In this document: piece after piece, positions 50,301 to 61,618 of the stretch
Numbering within the stretch: the first letter of the stretch is position 1
Layout of the letters: each line of letters begins with the position of its first letter
DNA from: Vitrella brassicaformis CCMP3155
Taxonomy: Eukaryota > Protista > Chromerida
Direction: 5' to 3'
DNA length: 64,000 nt
NCBI GenBank assembly: GCA_001179505.1
Contig: CDMY01000791.1
Location: 62,001 to 126,000 of the forward strand
The notes under the pieces: generated by a model
The model's database searches: none
The model's input: only the letters and a program-made list of their open reading frames with translations
Told to the model about the DNA's origin: nothing
Translations under genes and position numbers: made by a program

Positions 50301-53300
50301 TGAAGGCGTCGCGGTATGCCCAGCCCTGTCTGTTTGCCGTGGAGTATGCCATGTGTGAGCTGTGGCGGTCCAAGGGCGTCACTCCTGACGCTGTCATCGG
50401 TCACAGTCTGGGCGAGTACGTGGCGGCCGTCGTGGCCGGCGTCATGAGCCTGGAGGACGGCATCTTCCTGGTGGCTGAGCGGGCCAGACTCATGGCGGAG
50501 CTCCCAGAGCAGGACGGCGCCATGGTAGCAGTACGGGCATCTGAGGAAACCGTGCGCCAGCTCATCGACAAGGAGGGGGCAGGCCAAGAGGTGCAGATCG
50601 GCGCCATCAACGGGCCGAAAAGTGTCGTGTTGTCCGGGAAGAGAGAGGCTGTGTATCGGGTGCTCGACACGGACAAGTCCCTCAGCCGGACTGAGCTGGA
50701 CGTCACTCGCGCCTTCCACTCGCGCCTCATGTCCGACATGTTGGCGCCTTACGAGGAGGCCCTGGGGAGTGTGGAGCTCTCCCAGCCATCAAATGGCGTG
50801 ACATTCGTGTCGACTCTGACGGGCAAGCCTGTCAAGGAGGAGCTGTGCTCGACTGCTTACTTCACGCGACAGATCATGGAGCCGGTGCGGTTCCAGGACG
50901 CCATCACAGCTGCGGCGACCTCCGTTGGGTGCGATTTGTTCCTGGAGGTTGGCCCCACACCCACACTCACTCGGCTGGCGGAGAAGATTCTGGAGACGAG
51001 CAGCGCCACCCCAGCTCTGATCGCGTCCATCAGTTCCAAGGACAGGGAGGCCCCACACAGCGCCTGGAACAGGACCTATGGCCAGGTGATGAGAGAGCAG
51101 GGCATCATCAAGGAGAGGGTGGTACTGCGGCCCAAGGAGTTCCCCTGGGGTCAGCCACGCCACCCCATGGTCGAACAGACCATCGCGGTCGCCAACTCGT
51201 TCTCGCAGAGGAGCGTCATCTACGCCACCAGCCCCCACGGCAGGCCGCAGCCGCTAATCAGGGACCACCTCACACAGAATGAGCGCATCTATCCGACATC
51301 CTTCCTCGTCGAGGCGGCTATGGCCGCGTACGCCCTCTCACAAACAGCACTCGATGAGGAATTCGGTGTGCGGTCGTACCTCGCGGAGGACGCCTGTGTG
51401 TGCGCCATGAACCTGCGAATCGCCCAACACCCTTCAGTCGAGACGCCTCAGCCTGGCCCGTCTCCCTCTCTCGCTCTCGGGGAGACCAGCGACGCCAAAG
51501 ACGAGGCCGCAGCACAGCCAGCGGCCACCCCCGAGGTGTGGCCGACGCTGCCGTCCTTCCCCATCGACGTGCAGCGAGGCGGCACGGTTGTCATCAGAAG
51601 AGACGGATCTAGTCAGGACTCCGACACAGAACAGGGCATCCTCACTGCCGAAGTCAGAGTCGACGAGAGGGTCCAGGAGGACGCAGGGGTGCATATCGGC
51701 TCGCTGGCGTCTCGCTGTCCGATCCACGTGGCTTCCGGTGACTTCTACGCGCTTCTTGGGTCCCTCGGCACAGGCGTTGGGAAGGCCTTTGCCCTTGCGT
51801 CAGGCATTCGGTACGGCGAGAGGGTGATCACAGCAACATTGAGACTTCACGAAGCACGCGACGATCATGAGGCCTTCGAGGAGGGGTTCCTCTTCCACCC
51901 CGCATTCCTGGAGAGCGGCTTCCACCTGACAGCCTTCCTCATGGCGGTCACAGAGCTGGGGGTGGATCCGCAGAAGCCAGCGAGTGCGACGCCTGTAGGG
52001 TACCTCCCGAGGTCTGTGGCGGAGGTCATGATCACCAACATGCCCCTCTGCGAAGGCACCGATACTGAGCTGCTCATCTGTGTGCAGCTGGATGCCCTGT
52101 CCGGGCGTGCCGACATGCACTTGTATCGCCGCGAAGGCGGGTGTGTGGCGTCCATGAGGGGGATTGAGCTGCAGCCCTACAAGGCCACAGTCGAGGAGAG
52201 TCGCGCGGTGGATGCCCTCTGGGATGTCGATTGGGTCTCGCATCCGCATTCACCTGCAGCTGTTGAGAGCAGCGGCGGTGCACCGAAGGATGATTGGGCT
52301 TGTCTGATCTGGGTCAGTGATTCCGAGACGGCGGAAGAGGTCACAAGCGTTCTGCCGCCGTCATCGCCACACCAAGTCGTGAGTGTATCGGACAAGGAGG
52401 CCATGGAGTCGGCTCTCTCACGGCCTTGGGGCGGCATCGTCTGTGCCCTGGGGCTGCAGACCTCACTCGACGATGTCTCTGCGCTGGCCAGCTTGGGCGA
52501 GCTGCTGAGAGACCTCTTCTTGTCGCCTCGGCGCGCCATGGACAAGAGCACAAGCAACCGACGAGAGGTCGCGTCGCTGTACGTCCTGACGTCAGGCGTC
52601 CACATGAGGACGCACGACTCCATCGACTGCTTAGCGAGCTCCATGTGGGGCTTCCTGCGCAGCGCACGAGTGGAGATCGGCTTGGCAGTGCGCCTGTTTG
52701 CACTTGACGTCGATCGAGACCTGACACTGAAAGAGCCACAAGCCATTCTTGACCGTGCGCAGCAAGCACAGCGGATGTTGCAACCTCGCGGCGCAGCGGA
52801 TGACGAGCAGCGCTATGAGGCTGAGATGGCCGTACGTGACGGGCAGTGGTACGTGCCGCGCATTGTGCCCTACGGGAGCACTGCAAGTCGGCTGGCGGCT
52901 CCGCGACAGTGGTGCTTTACGGCGGACAGAAAGGACAAGGGGCAGGCTGTCTTCTCTGGACAGACGGCGAGTGCCGCCGTGTCGGCGATGCCGTCGTCGG
53001 CTGATGGCGATCCGCGAGTGGAGGTGCGAGTGGTCTCATTCGAGATCAGTCCTCAAACTGTTAGCGCACACCTGGAGAAGGATGGACGCACCACCACCAC
53101 CCACCATGCGGCAACATGGCCTTTCTGCGGCATTGTCACCGGCACATCTGCGCCGTGTGGCTTCAAGATCGGGGAGCGTGTTGTTGGAGTCACCCAAGGG
53201 CCCTTCGCGTCACATCTGCTTGTGGACGCCAGAGCCATAGGTCGACGCCCGCCTCTCGTGTCGGATGAGGTGGCGGCCGCAGCTGTGATGCCCCTCCTCG

Positions 53301-56300
53301 CGGCCGCCAAGTGCGTTCCCACCGCTGAGCAGACACAAAGCCATCCACGGACTGCCGTGGTGGTGTTGCGAGCTGGCGTGTTGAGTGTAGCGGCACGCGC
53401 AGCCCTTCAGACACTGATGGTGGGCAAGTACAAGACACTCGTCAGTGTCGAGGACCGGCAGGATGCGGACGCCCTCACTGCGTGGCCTGACGTGGACATC
53501 TGCGTCGCCAAGACCTCTACCGAAGTGGCTGACGGCGTGAAGAAAGCGTTTGGTACTGCGGCTGAGGTCGACCTGATCGTGGCGCCTGATGGCGAAGAGG
53601 ATGAGGAGGCTCTGACAGAGCTGAGGAGGCTTGTCAAGCCACCTGGCGCCGTCATCAACGGCGTGGACAGTTCCTGGGAGGCGGGACCAGTGTCCTGTGA
53701 GGCTTTGGCGACGGTCGGTGACATGCTGTCGGACTCCTCATGGGAGCAGCATCGTGACAACCTGGATGTGAGGAATGTGAAGGACATGGAGAACCAGGCC
53801 GCGGAGAGTCTGTTCGTTGCCGGCAAGCAGCTCGTAGCGAAGCTCCCCACCGCGTTGGCATCAGACGGGCGTCCGCGAGGCTGTCACGTCATCACGGGAG
53901 GCCTCGGTGAGTTGGGACTGGTCGTGGCTCGGTGGCTGGTCAAGGAGGGAGCGGAGGCCATCGCCCTCCTGTCTCGACGGGGGCGCCTTGCCCCACAGTC
54001 TGGCGAGTCTCTGCGGGAGCACGTGGCGTGGCTTGAGGCGTCGGCTGCACAGGTGGTGCTCAGGCGCTGTGATGTGAGTCGCGAGAGGGACGTCAGGACG
54101 ACAGTTCAGGCGCTGTCAGAGGAGTTCGCAGCTCGGGGCGGCGTTGCAGGCGTCATACACGCGGCAGGCATACTGGCGGATGCGACTTTGCGCAACCAAA
54201 CAAGGGAGTTGATCGACACCGTGTTCAGACCCAAGGTGAGCCTTCACCTCAGTCAGATACACACGAGGTGGTGAAGGCAATCCTTCATCTATCTCATCTG
54301 TCGTTCGTGTTGGTGTACTGTCAGGTTCATGGCGGGTGGAACATGCACAGATCGACCATCGATCTGGGCGTCGACCTCAAGTACCTCGTGTGTTTCTCGT
54401 CGGTCACGGCCCTGCTCGGCAACCTGGGCCAGACCAACTACTCGGCGGCCAACGCCTGTCTGGACGCCTTGATGGCCTACCGCCGCCACCTCGGCCTGAG
54501 CGGACTGAGCATACAATGGGGCGCGTAAGTGATGCAGACAGAAAGACATACATACATGAGCTTTGCCGAAAGTGTTGGTTGGGACGTCATGGTTCGTGCT
54601 GCGTGTTGCTGCGTGATTCAGGTGGACAGAGCAGGGTATGGCCTCACGGGCGAGCAACCTGGCCATACTGCAGGCAGTCGGCATCGCCCCGCTCGACAAC
54701 GACCTCGCACTCCGCAGCCTAGCCAGTCTCCTGCCGTCGACCACTCACCCAGTGGTGGCTGTCCAAGAGATTGACTGGAGGCGCTTCGCACTCAACCTTG
54801 ACGCAGCCACAGGGCTGTTCAGTCGGGTGTGCCCTCCACAGGCGAAGCGTCAGGCAGGGCGGTCTCGAACCGGCCAACGCCAACATGCCCAGAGAGAGGC
54901 CATGGGCGCCGCGCAGGATCAAGAGGCACTGGACGCTTCACTCCAAGATCTGGGCATCGGCGGCGGTAGGAACCGCACATACGCACTGTGAAGCGGCACA
55001 CTCAATTATCACCTGGTATATTCGTTGCTGCTATTTCGTTCGTTCAGGCGACTCGTCCGGGAAGCCCCAGATGCGGAGTGCTGAGTTGGACCGCATCCGG
55101 GCGCTGCCTGCTGCGGAGCGGCGGCGTGTGGTCGAGTCAGTCGTGCTGTCGATTGCCGAGGAGGTCCTGGCGGTCTCAGAGATGCCCCCCATGGACATGC
55201 CGCTCCAGGAGCTGGGCATCGACTCGATGGCTGCTGTCGAGCTCAGGAACGCCCTGTCCAGACGGCTGGGGGTCAAGCTGCCTCCAAATGTCCTCTTCGA
55301 CTTCCCGACCATCGAGGACATCATCACATTCGTCTTGGGGGACCTGCTGGCAGACGATGGAGATCAAGACGGCAATGGCGCGGCCGCCTTCCAGGCACAC
55401 GCTTCTGCGGCTGTCAGGCGGCAACGGGCTGAGCTGGAGAGCGACATCGGCCTTCCCGGCACCATCAGCCTGGACGGCCGTCGCATCATATCTCCGCAGG
55501 GCCCAGACGGCACCTTCAGGAGCGTTTTCCTGACAGGGGCCACTGGCTTCATGGGCACCTGTCTTCTGGACTCACTCTTGAGGCGCAACCCGTCCGTGAC
55601 TGTCTGGTGCCTCATCCGGTGCAAGGACGAAGCACACGGATGGGACAAGCTGGCCAAGCAGCTCGCCGCCTATCGGCTGCCCACCGACGGGTCTCTTGAG
55701 GACGTCAAGCAAAGAGTAGTGGTGGTCAAGGGGGACTTCACCGAGGACAATCTTGGCATGACGGACGAGAGGTGGCAGGAGGTCGTCGAGAGCGTCGAGG
55801 CCATCTTCCACTGCGGCGCCATGGTCAACTTCTCGGCCACCTACTCGATGCTCCGGAAAGCCAACGTCCTGTGCGTCAAAGACGTTCTCAGGCTGGCGAC
55901 GTCCCTGCCGACCCACGTCATTCCAGTCCACCACGTGTCGACGCTCGGCGTGTTCCACGACAACCTCCACGATATCCCCACCGCCCCTCTGCGGAACGGT
56001 CAGCCAGACACCACTCGCAACTGGTGCCTTGACAACGGTCGCCGCGTCTTCTTCGAGGACGACCCGGTGCTCGAGGACGATCTCTCGAGCCAGCACCACA
56101 TCAAGCTTGCCCTCGGCTACTCCCAGTCCAAGTGGACGGCCGAGCGAGTGCTGCGTATCGGCCAGGAGAGGCGCCTGCCGATCAGCATGTATCGACCAGG
56201 CCGCATCGGTGGCCACTCGAGGACGGGCGCGGTGAACCCGACGGACTTCCCGAATGCGTTCGTCAAGGGCTGCATCCAGATGGGGACCATTCCTGACATC

Positions 56301-58081
56301 GACGTGCCGGTCCACCTGGTGCCCGTCGACTTCTGCGCAGATGCTGTGGTGCACATAGCCATGAAGGCCGAAGGAGCGGGGTACCAGGGGGGCCCTTACA
56401 ACCTCGACAACCCCCACGTCACCACCATGCACGACATAGCAGAGGCTGTGGGCAGCCTGGGGTATTCGTTGTCCTTGGTGCCATACACTGAGTGGCGCAA
56501 GGAGCTCGGCAAGGAGATCAGTGACAATGCGGCGCACCCCCTGGCGCCGCTCGAGCACATGCTCGTCGACGAGCCTCCCAACGTGTGTGACGTGCCCTTC
56601 TTCGACATGACCAACACTTGGTGAGCAAACCACACATGTCAACACAAGAAACACACACGAGTGGGCAGCGCCGGATTTCCTCTTTCCGTCGTACGCACAG
56701 GTCCGCCGTATCTGACGACGAGAGCATCGTGTGTGTGCCTTCGTCAGTGGAGTATCTGGAGGTCAACCTCCGATATCTCCGCGACGTGGACTGGCGCACA
56801 TCGATGCCATCGGTCGGACTGGGCGGCTCCCTGGAGCTGGAGGCATTTGTCAAGGACCTTGGCAGCGGAGAGGCAGTGGCGGCCGACAAGGAGCTCTACC
56901 TGATCGCTGGACCGGCCGTACTCGAGCAGTACTTCACCGGTACGATTCGTGCGATACATACAGGGACAAACAACCAACCAGTACTCCATTAGATGCACCC
57001 ACTTGCCTCCGTATTCAATGTCTGCCTGTCCGTCTGTCTGTCTGTTGAGTGCAGATCTGAGCTACACGCTCTCCCTGAGGGGCTACAAGCTGCTCCTGCT
57101 CCAGCTGCCCGCCGAGGCCACTTCGCCGGACGCCCCATCTGACGGGGCCTCCCTGACGTCTTCGCTCCCCTTCCTGAGCAGCGTCACCAATCTCGCCGGT
57201 GTCCTGGTCGCTGCCTTGAGGCGGAGGAGGAAGGACGGACCCTTCAACATCATCGGCTGGTCTTTTGGAGGTAAATAGGAGGGGGAGGCCCAATCATGGC
57301 CTGGCCGAAGCCATGCACCGACCAATGTGGTTGTCTGTTGCCTGTTTGTCTGTGTTTCGTGCAGCTCTGGTGGCCATTGAGGTGGCGAAAATCCTCAACC
57401 GCCGCACCGACGACAACTCGTGTGTCCCCGTGCTGTCGCTCATCGACCCCCTGGTGCCCATCTCGCTGTCCGCCTCGGCGGCCACCCAGGCGCCCTATTC
57501 CTTTGCTCTGTCGGTCATTCTGTCGACGGTGGTGGGCATGTTCAAGGATGTCCTCCCTGAGGACTTCGATCAGCTCCCTGTGGACCAGCAGCAGCACATG
57601 CTCATGGAGCTCGTCGCTGAGGCCACCGGGGCCAACATCGCAACAGCCACAACAGACGTGGCAGAACAGCAGGAGGGAGCGACTACCAGTGCCGGTGCTG
57701 AGAATGACTTCCTGCGACAGCAGGCCGACTTGGTGTCGGCTGTCCTGGGGGCTGGCGCGCAGCACGCGGCTAAGGGGCCGCATTACGACGGCAAGACACA
57801 CATCATCGACACACCGGTACGCATGCCAAACTGCGAGTCGATATCGAACACATTGTACCGAGCCGACACAAAATATCGTGCTTTCCTTTCTGCAGTGCCC
57901 GAGTCCATTTCCTCCGTCGAGTGGGATGGCCGTCGTGGCGGCCCCCTCTGTGGTGGCTCTGGGCAGCATGAGCATGACACACACTCTGCTGCCCGGCGGG
58001 GGTCACTTCAACTGTCTGCGTGACCCGCATGTCGACCCCCTGGTGGATGCGCTGCTGGAGAAGCTCACTGCTGTCGAGTGA
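32313..58081 (+). CDS. Giant multimodular type I polyketide/fatty acid synthase (~8,182 aa, 15 exons): FAAL-ACP-KS-AT0-DH-ER-pseudoMT-KR-ACP-KS-DH-ER0-KR-ACP-KS-AT-DH-ER0-KR-ACP-R-TE
   Basis: Exons read as 32313-33560, 33649-33807, 33879-34081, 34183-40282, 40362-42581, 42665-49204, 49273-49612, 49707-54235, 54325-54524, 54622-54965, 55048-56620, 56701-56939, 57055-57270, 57365-57816, 57896-58081. All introns are GT-AG and in phase; total 24,549 nt. Three KS with DTACSS/HGTGT/H, four ACP with G(I/L)DS, three KR with TGGxGxLG and YxAAN. Confidence 0.95.
32400..35290 (+). other. PKS loading unit: fatty acyl-AMP ligase (FAAL) + ACP1
   Basis: LQFTSGSTSDPKGVMVTH, FSWLPMYHDMGLVG, APNFAFDL, CGAEPI, PAYGLAENTL, LRTGDFGF..VTGRMKDMVIVRGRNYYPQDVE, KTSSGKIQR; ACP LHELGIDSIAAV. 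Boundaries approximate. Confidence 0.9.
35380..43140 (+). other. PKS module 1: KS, inactive AT (GHGVG), DH, intact ER, pseudo-MT, KR, ACP2
   Basis: KS DTACSSSL/ECHGTGT/NVGHSEG; AT VVGHGVGE (Ser->Gly); DH HEVASKAVFP + HPTILDG; ER GLNFRDVL + LIHAATGGVG; MT-like TVTDRD/LLDVSEDP/FEAVITVNAI/LLTDNGALILTE; KR ITGGFGCLG, LAD, NYAAAN. Confidence 0.85.
43230..48520 (+). other. PKS module 2: KS, no AT, DH, degenerate ER, KR, ACP3
   Basis: KS ends SSFGFGGTNAHVII and reaches the DH start (PWTDVWHPFL) within about 30 aa; DH HVILSRIIWP + HPALLDG; ER lacks GLNFRD and has LITEAATDVG; KR ITGGVGGLG, LAD, NYAAAN; ACP LGELGLDSLSAV. Confidence 0.85.
48610..55350 (+). other. PKS module 3: KS, active malonyl-type AT, DH (Asp->Glu), vestigial ER, KR, ACP4
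   Basis: KS DTACSSAL/EAHGTGT/NINHLEG; AT FLFTGQGS, VIGHSLGE, RAFHS; DH HLTQNERIYP + HPAFLES; ER remnant without a GGVG loop; KR ITGGLGELG, LAD, NYSAAN; ACP LQELGIDSMAAV. Confidence 0.85.
55520..58081 (+). other. PKS release region: thioester reductase (R/SDR) followed by an alpha/beta-hydrolase thioesterase
   Basis: R: VFLTGATGFMG, IFHCGAMVNF, GYSQSKWTAE, RPGRIGG. TE: GPFNIIGWSFGALVAIEVA (GxSxG), VLSLIDP, LPGGGHFNCL. Confidence 0.85.
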
Positions 58082-59747
58082 GACAGAGATGTCTTTCGTC
58101 TGACTGCTGAGTTCATGGGTGTGATGTGTGTATGGCGAAGGCTCGACACTGGTTTCTTGTCTATTTGGGTGTGTGTTGGTTCGTGCGCTATGGCAGTAAG
58201 TAAGACGTCCGTCGTAGGCGATGATGTGGGGTGGGGTGGGGTGGGAGGGTAAGTCTTTCTGTTCGGTGTGTGGATTCAGTCCGCTAAGGATGATATGATG
58301 TCTCTCTCTCTCTCTCTCTCTCTTAAGGAGGTTCATTTGTGCTTGTGCGGCATAAGGTATATGAAGGTGAGTATCAAGACTGTAGGTCTGTCTCTGTGTG
58401 GCGCTAAGTCAGTCCAAAGCGTGCTTTCGACGTGTGCATGGCTGAATGGCTGAACGGCGTGGGTGGGTGCAGGTGCGGGTGTGGGTGATTGTCTTGTCAC
58501 ATATATACTATGTGTAGCTATACGTGTGTGTAGACACGCATTCATTCGTACGTAAGTACGCACATCGATCTGTATTTATGTATTTGTCAGTACGTCTTGG
58601 CATCTGTTCACACAAGTGCGTCCTTCCTAGGCACACTTTTTTCGTCTGGCTCTCTCTCTCTCCGTCTCTCTCTCTCTTTCTCTCTCTCTGTGTCGCCTCT
58701 GCAGCTGTGTACGTCACGAAGGTGTCTTCTTCCGATGCAATCGGAGGCCGGGGCCAGTCTGTCTATCTGTCTGTCTGTCTGTCTTTTGATGTGATGAGGA
58801 AGAAGCTATCGGTGAATGTGGAATGTGGAAGAAGGTCTAGCCATACAGCTGGCCTACGGCGAATGTGGAATTCCACACAAGAAGCGTATGCAGCAAGGCA
58901 AGGCGCGGCGCCTCAAGTAGGTAGCGTTCCTTCTGAATGTTGTCCTGTCTGTAGTCATTCACTAGCTCTCTGTATTGTCTGCCTGTCTATAATACCGGCC
59001 TGTTTATAATCCGTCTGTACGGTGGATTGATTGGGGCAGTTTTGGCTGTTGTGGTGGGGGGATTCTGCTCGACAGTTTGCGTCTGGTTGTCTACCAGTCT
59101 GTCTACCTGTGTGCGACCGACTATTTGGCAATGTATGTATGATGCGGGATGCGACAAAGGGATGTAATGATGCGATAAATGTGGACATGAACATATGAAT
59201 GCCCGTCAGGGCGCGTTACGTCACATTCGTCGTGTCACACACATCAAATGCCTGCCTGCTGTGTCCCCACCCCACGGCTCCCACAGCACACGGCACGGCA
59301 GCCGTTGCAGTTTCCCAGACACTAGGTAGGTGAATTGTGGTTGGTGCACCTGCAGACGCAGTCCGTCCGTCATATGCGCAGACAGAGAAAGAAGCGAACC
59401 AGGCTAAGCTAATCAAGCATGGCAGCGAGAGAGCAGTACATACAATGATGTGTATACATACGTACGATGGACGAAGGGATGATGTGTATAGGGCCCGAGA
59501 CATATCGATGTGTATATACACACACACATGCATATGGATGGATGGATGGACGGCCCAATATATACCAGACCACAGATGCATCATCCATGTGGATGGCCCA
59601 CAGTCTTAATGAATGAATGCCCACGCCACAAGGGAAAAAGTCCTCAACGGCCCATCATCGCTCACACACACACACACACACATACCCATATATGGCACAA
59701 CACACACAGCGCCCTCCACACAGCGCCCCACCCCCCCTTCCCCCTCG

Positions 59748-61408
59748 TCATGGGCAGCCACAGGCCATCTTGAGGGCTTGGAACTCCTCCATGATGCAGT
59801 CGAGGAGCATGTCGGGCGACTTGACCGTCCTGAGGTCGCTGCCAGCCGCCACCCACAGGCCGTTGCTGTAGGAGAAGGCCGTCACTCCCACACCCACGTT
59901 GCCCATGATGGGCGGAGCGAAGAAGCAGTGCCGCAGCGCGATGCCTTTCACAGGACTCAGACGCTGGGGACCTGCAAGCAAGACACACGACACACTGTAT
60001 GTGTGGTTATCCCCCCCTGTCTGTGTCAGTTGTGCCTGCCTACCAGGGACATTGCTGACAAACATGCTGATCTTGCTCCGAATGGGCTTGAGTATCGCCT
60101 CGGCGAGGCACGATGGGCACTGGTAGAGCCACTGCATGAACAGCGCCCCGCCTAGCAGCACACACCCTTGTCTCGATCCCTCCTCAGCTGCCGCACCACA
60201 CACCCCAGCCTCTCGAGCGGGCTGGACGCGTCGGCGACTAGGGGCAGCACGGCGAATGCGTTGAAGAAGCTGTTGGACAGCGTCTTCAGCTCGCCCGTCC
60301 TCAGATTGACCGGCCAAACGAACATGGCATCTCGCCAGGTGCTCAGCGGCGATGGCAGCTCACCCTCTGCTGCATTCCTATCACCACCGTGGGTCTTGTT
60401 GATGTATCGGACGATCGCGCCCACCACCAGCGACACAAACACCTCATTGATGGACACTTTGCTTGCACCCGCCGCCATGAGCACTTGATCAGACATCCTC
60501 ACGGACCTCAGCTCGTCCATCGAGATGCACCTGGGCAGTGAGACCTGTCGCAGGCCGCCGGGCGAGGGACGGTGGGGGGCCGAGCGGGATGACGGTGGTG
60601 GGTCCCATGACGGAATAGACGGCAGCAGCGGCAGCGCGAGGATCGGCAGGGGCGCGTAGAAGAGCATCGAGGCGTACATGGCCAGCCGGTCCCACATGCT
60701 GAGTGACGGCAGGTGAGAGAACGACTTGCTGATGCTGGCAGTCTCATCTCGGTCGAAAAGCTCTTTGGTGATCATGCGCACGAGAGCCGCACCATCGCCG
60801 AGCAGGTGGTGGATGCGCCACACGAAGATCGTGCTGGGCGCGCCGTCCAGCCCTTCGCACTGTGGAATCACCTTGATCTGCCACGCCGGGCGGCTCATAG
60901 GCAGGTCCCCGTTGATGCAGATGTCCAAATACTCGCGCAGATCTCGCAAGGGCAGCAAGAGAGGCGCCCCAAGTGACGGCATCTTGCCGCTCCGCCGGAT
61001 CTCCTCTCTCACACAGTCGTGCGGCACCTGGAGGACGTGATTGCGGACATCAAACCTCCCGTCCCCCTTGTCATAGGAGAGGCACCAGCGCCACAGGACT
61101 CGCTTGAGAGTGCACTTGAGCCGCTCGTGCTTGTCCACCCACCGCTCCTTCACGGCCTCCAGCATATGAGCCAGCGACAGCCCATCATCCGCAAAGAAGA
61201 CGATGCTGATGATAGCGGGTGACTCGACGGTCTCGGCTTGAAGCATCATCACCTCGGTGCGGTTGAGGGGCTGCAGGCGGCCATGATGGGACGATAGTAG
61301 CGCCACACAGCCGCACACGGTGCGCAGGCACCATGCTGCGAGGGAGACCGCCATCAGCAGAGGGTGGAGGATGAGAGAGATGACGAACGCGGCCGTCTGG
61401 AGGAACAT
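59748..61408 (-). CDS. WSD: Wax ester synthase/diacylglycerol acyltransferase (WS/DGAT) family protein; apparent -1 frameshift near 60175
   Basis: N-terminal hydrophobic segment, FDVRNHV, LPMSRPAWQI, catalytic WRIHHLLGDGAAL (HHxxxDG), SINEVFVSLVVGAIVRY, WPVNLR, LSNSF, PLERL. The C-terminal part (MFVSNVPG|P..GVTAFSYSNGL) is in a different frame. In-frame 72-nt intron at 59972..60043. Confidence 0.9.
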
Positions 61409-61488
61409 TTCGTGTCAGCATTTCAGCTCATTTCGCCGGCCGTTCAGCAGCAGCGGTTTCACGTCTGCGGGCTTGGGGTTTTGGATCG

Positions 61489-61504
61489 CTAAACCCTAAA
61501 CCCT
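61489..61504. promoter_or_regulatory. Telomere-like repeat CTAAACCCTAAACCCT (telo-box-like) in the WS/DGAT-START divergent promoter
   Basis: About two TTTAGGG-type units seen directly. The telo-box (AAACCCTA) is an established plant promoter element. Its role here is inference. Confidence 0.4.
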
Positions 61505-61618
61505 CCGTGTAACCGACCGACCGACCGTGTCTATTCCGCTACCCTCCTTCCTTTTGATCCCTTTCCGTTCCTTCGACACGCTCAGCATCCCTTTCCGTCC
61601 TGATCGTGGTTTTGTTGT

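Noticed and set aside
49703-56654. Long antisense/alternate-frame ORFs inside the PKS (e.g. 49703..50719, 55572..56654) and over WS/DGAT (59613..60155)
   Set aside because: Shadow ORFs expected in GC-rich coding DNA; no recognisable motifs.
57817-58023. Alternative last-exon frame of the PKS (VPESISSVEWDG...)
   Set aside because: It needs a phase-1 donor that is not present; the phase-0 junction gives the frame containing the thioesterase GGHF His motif.
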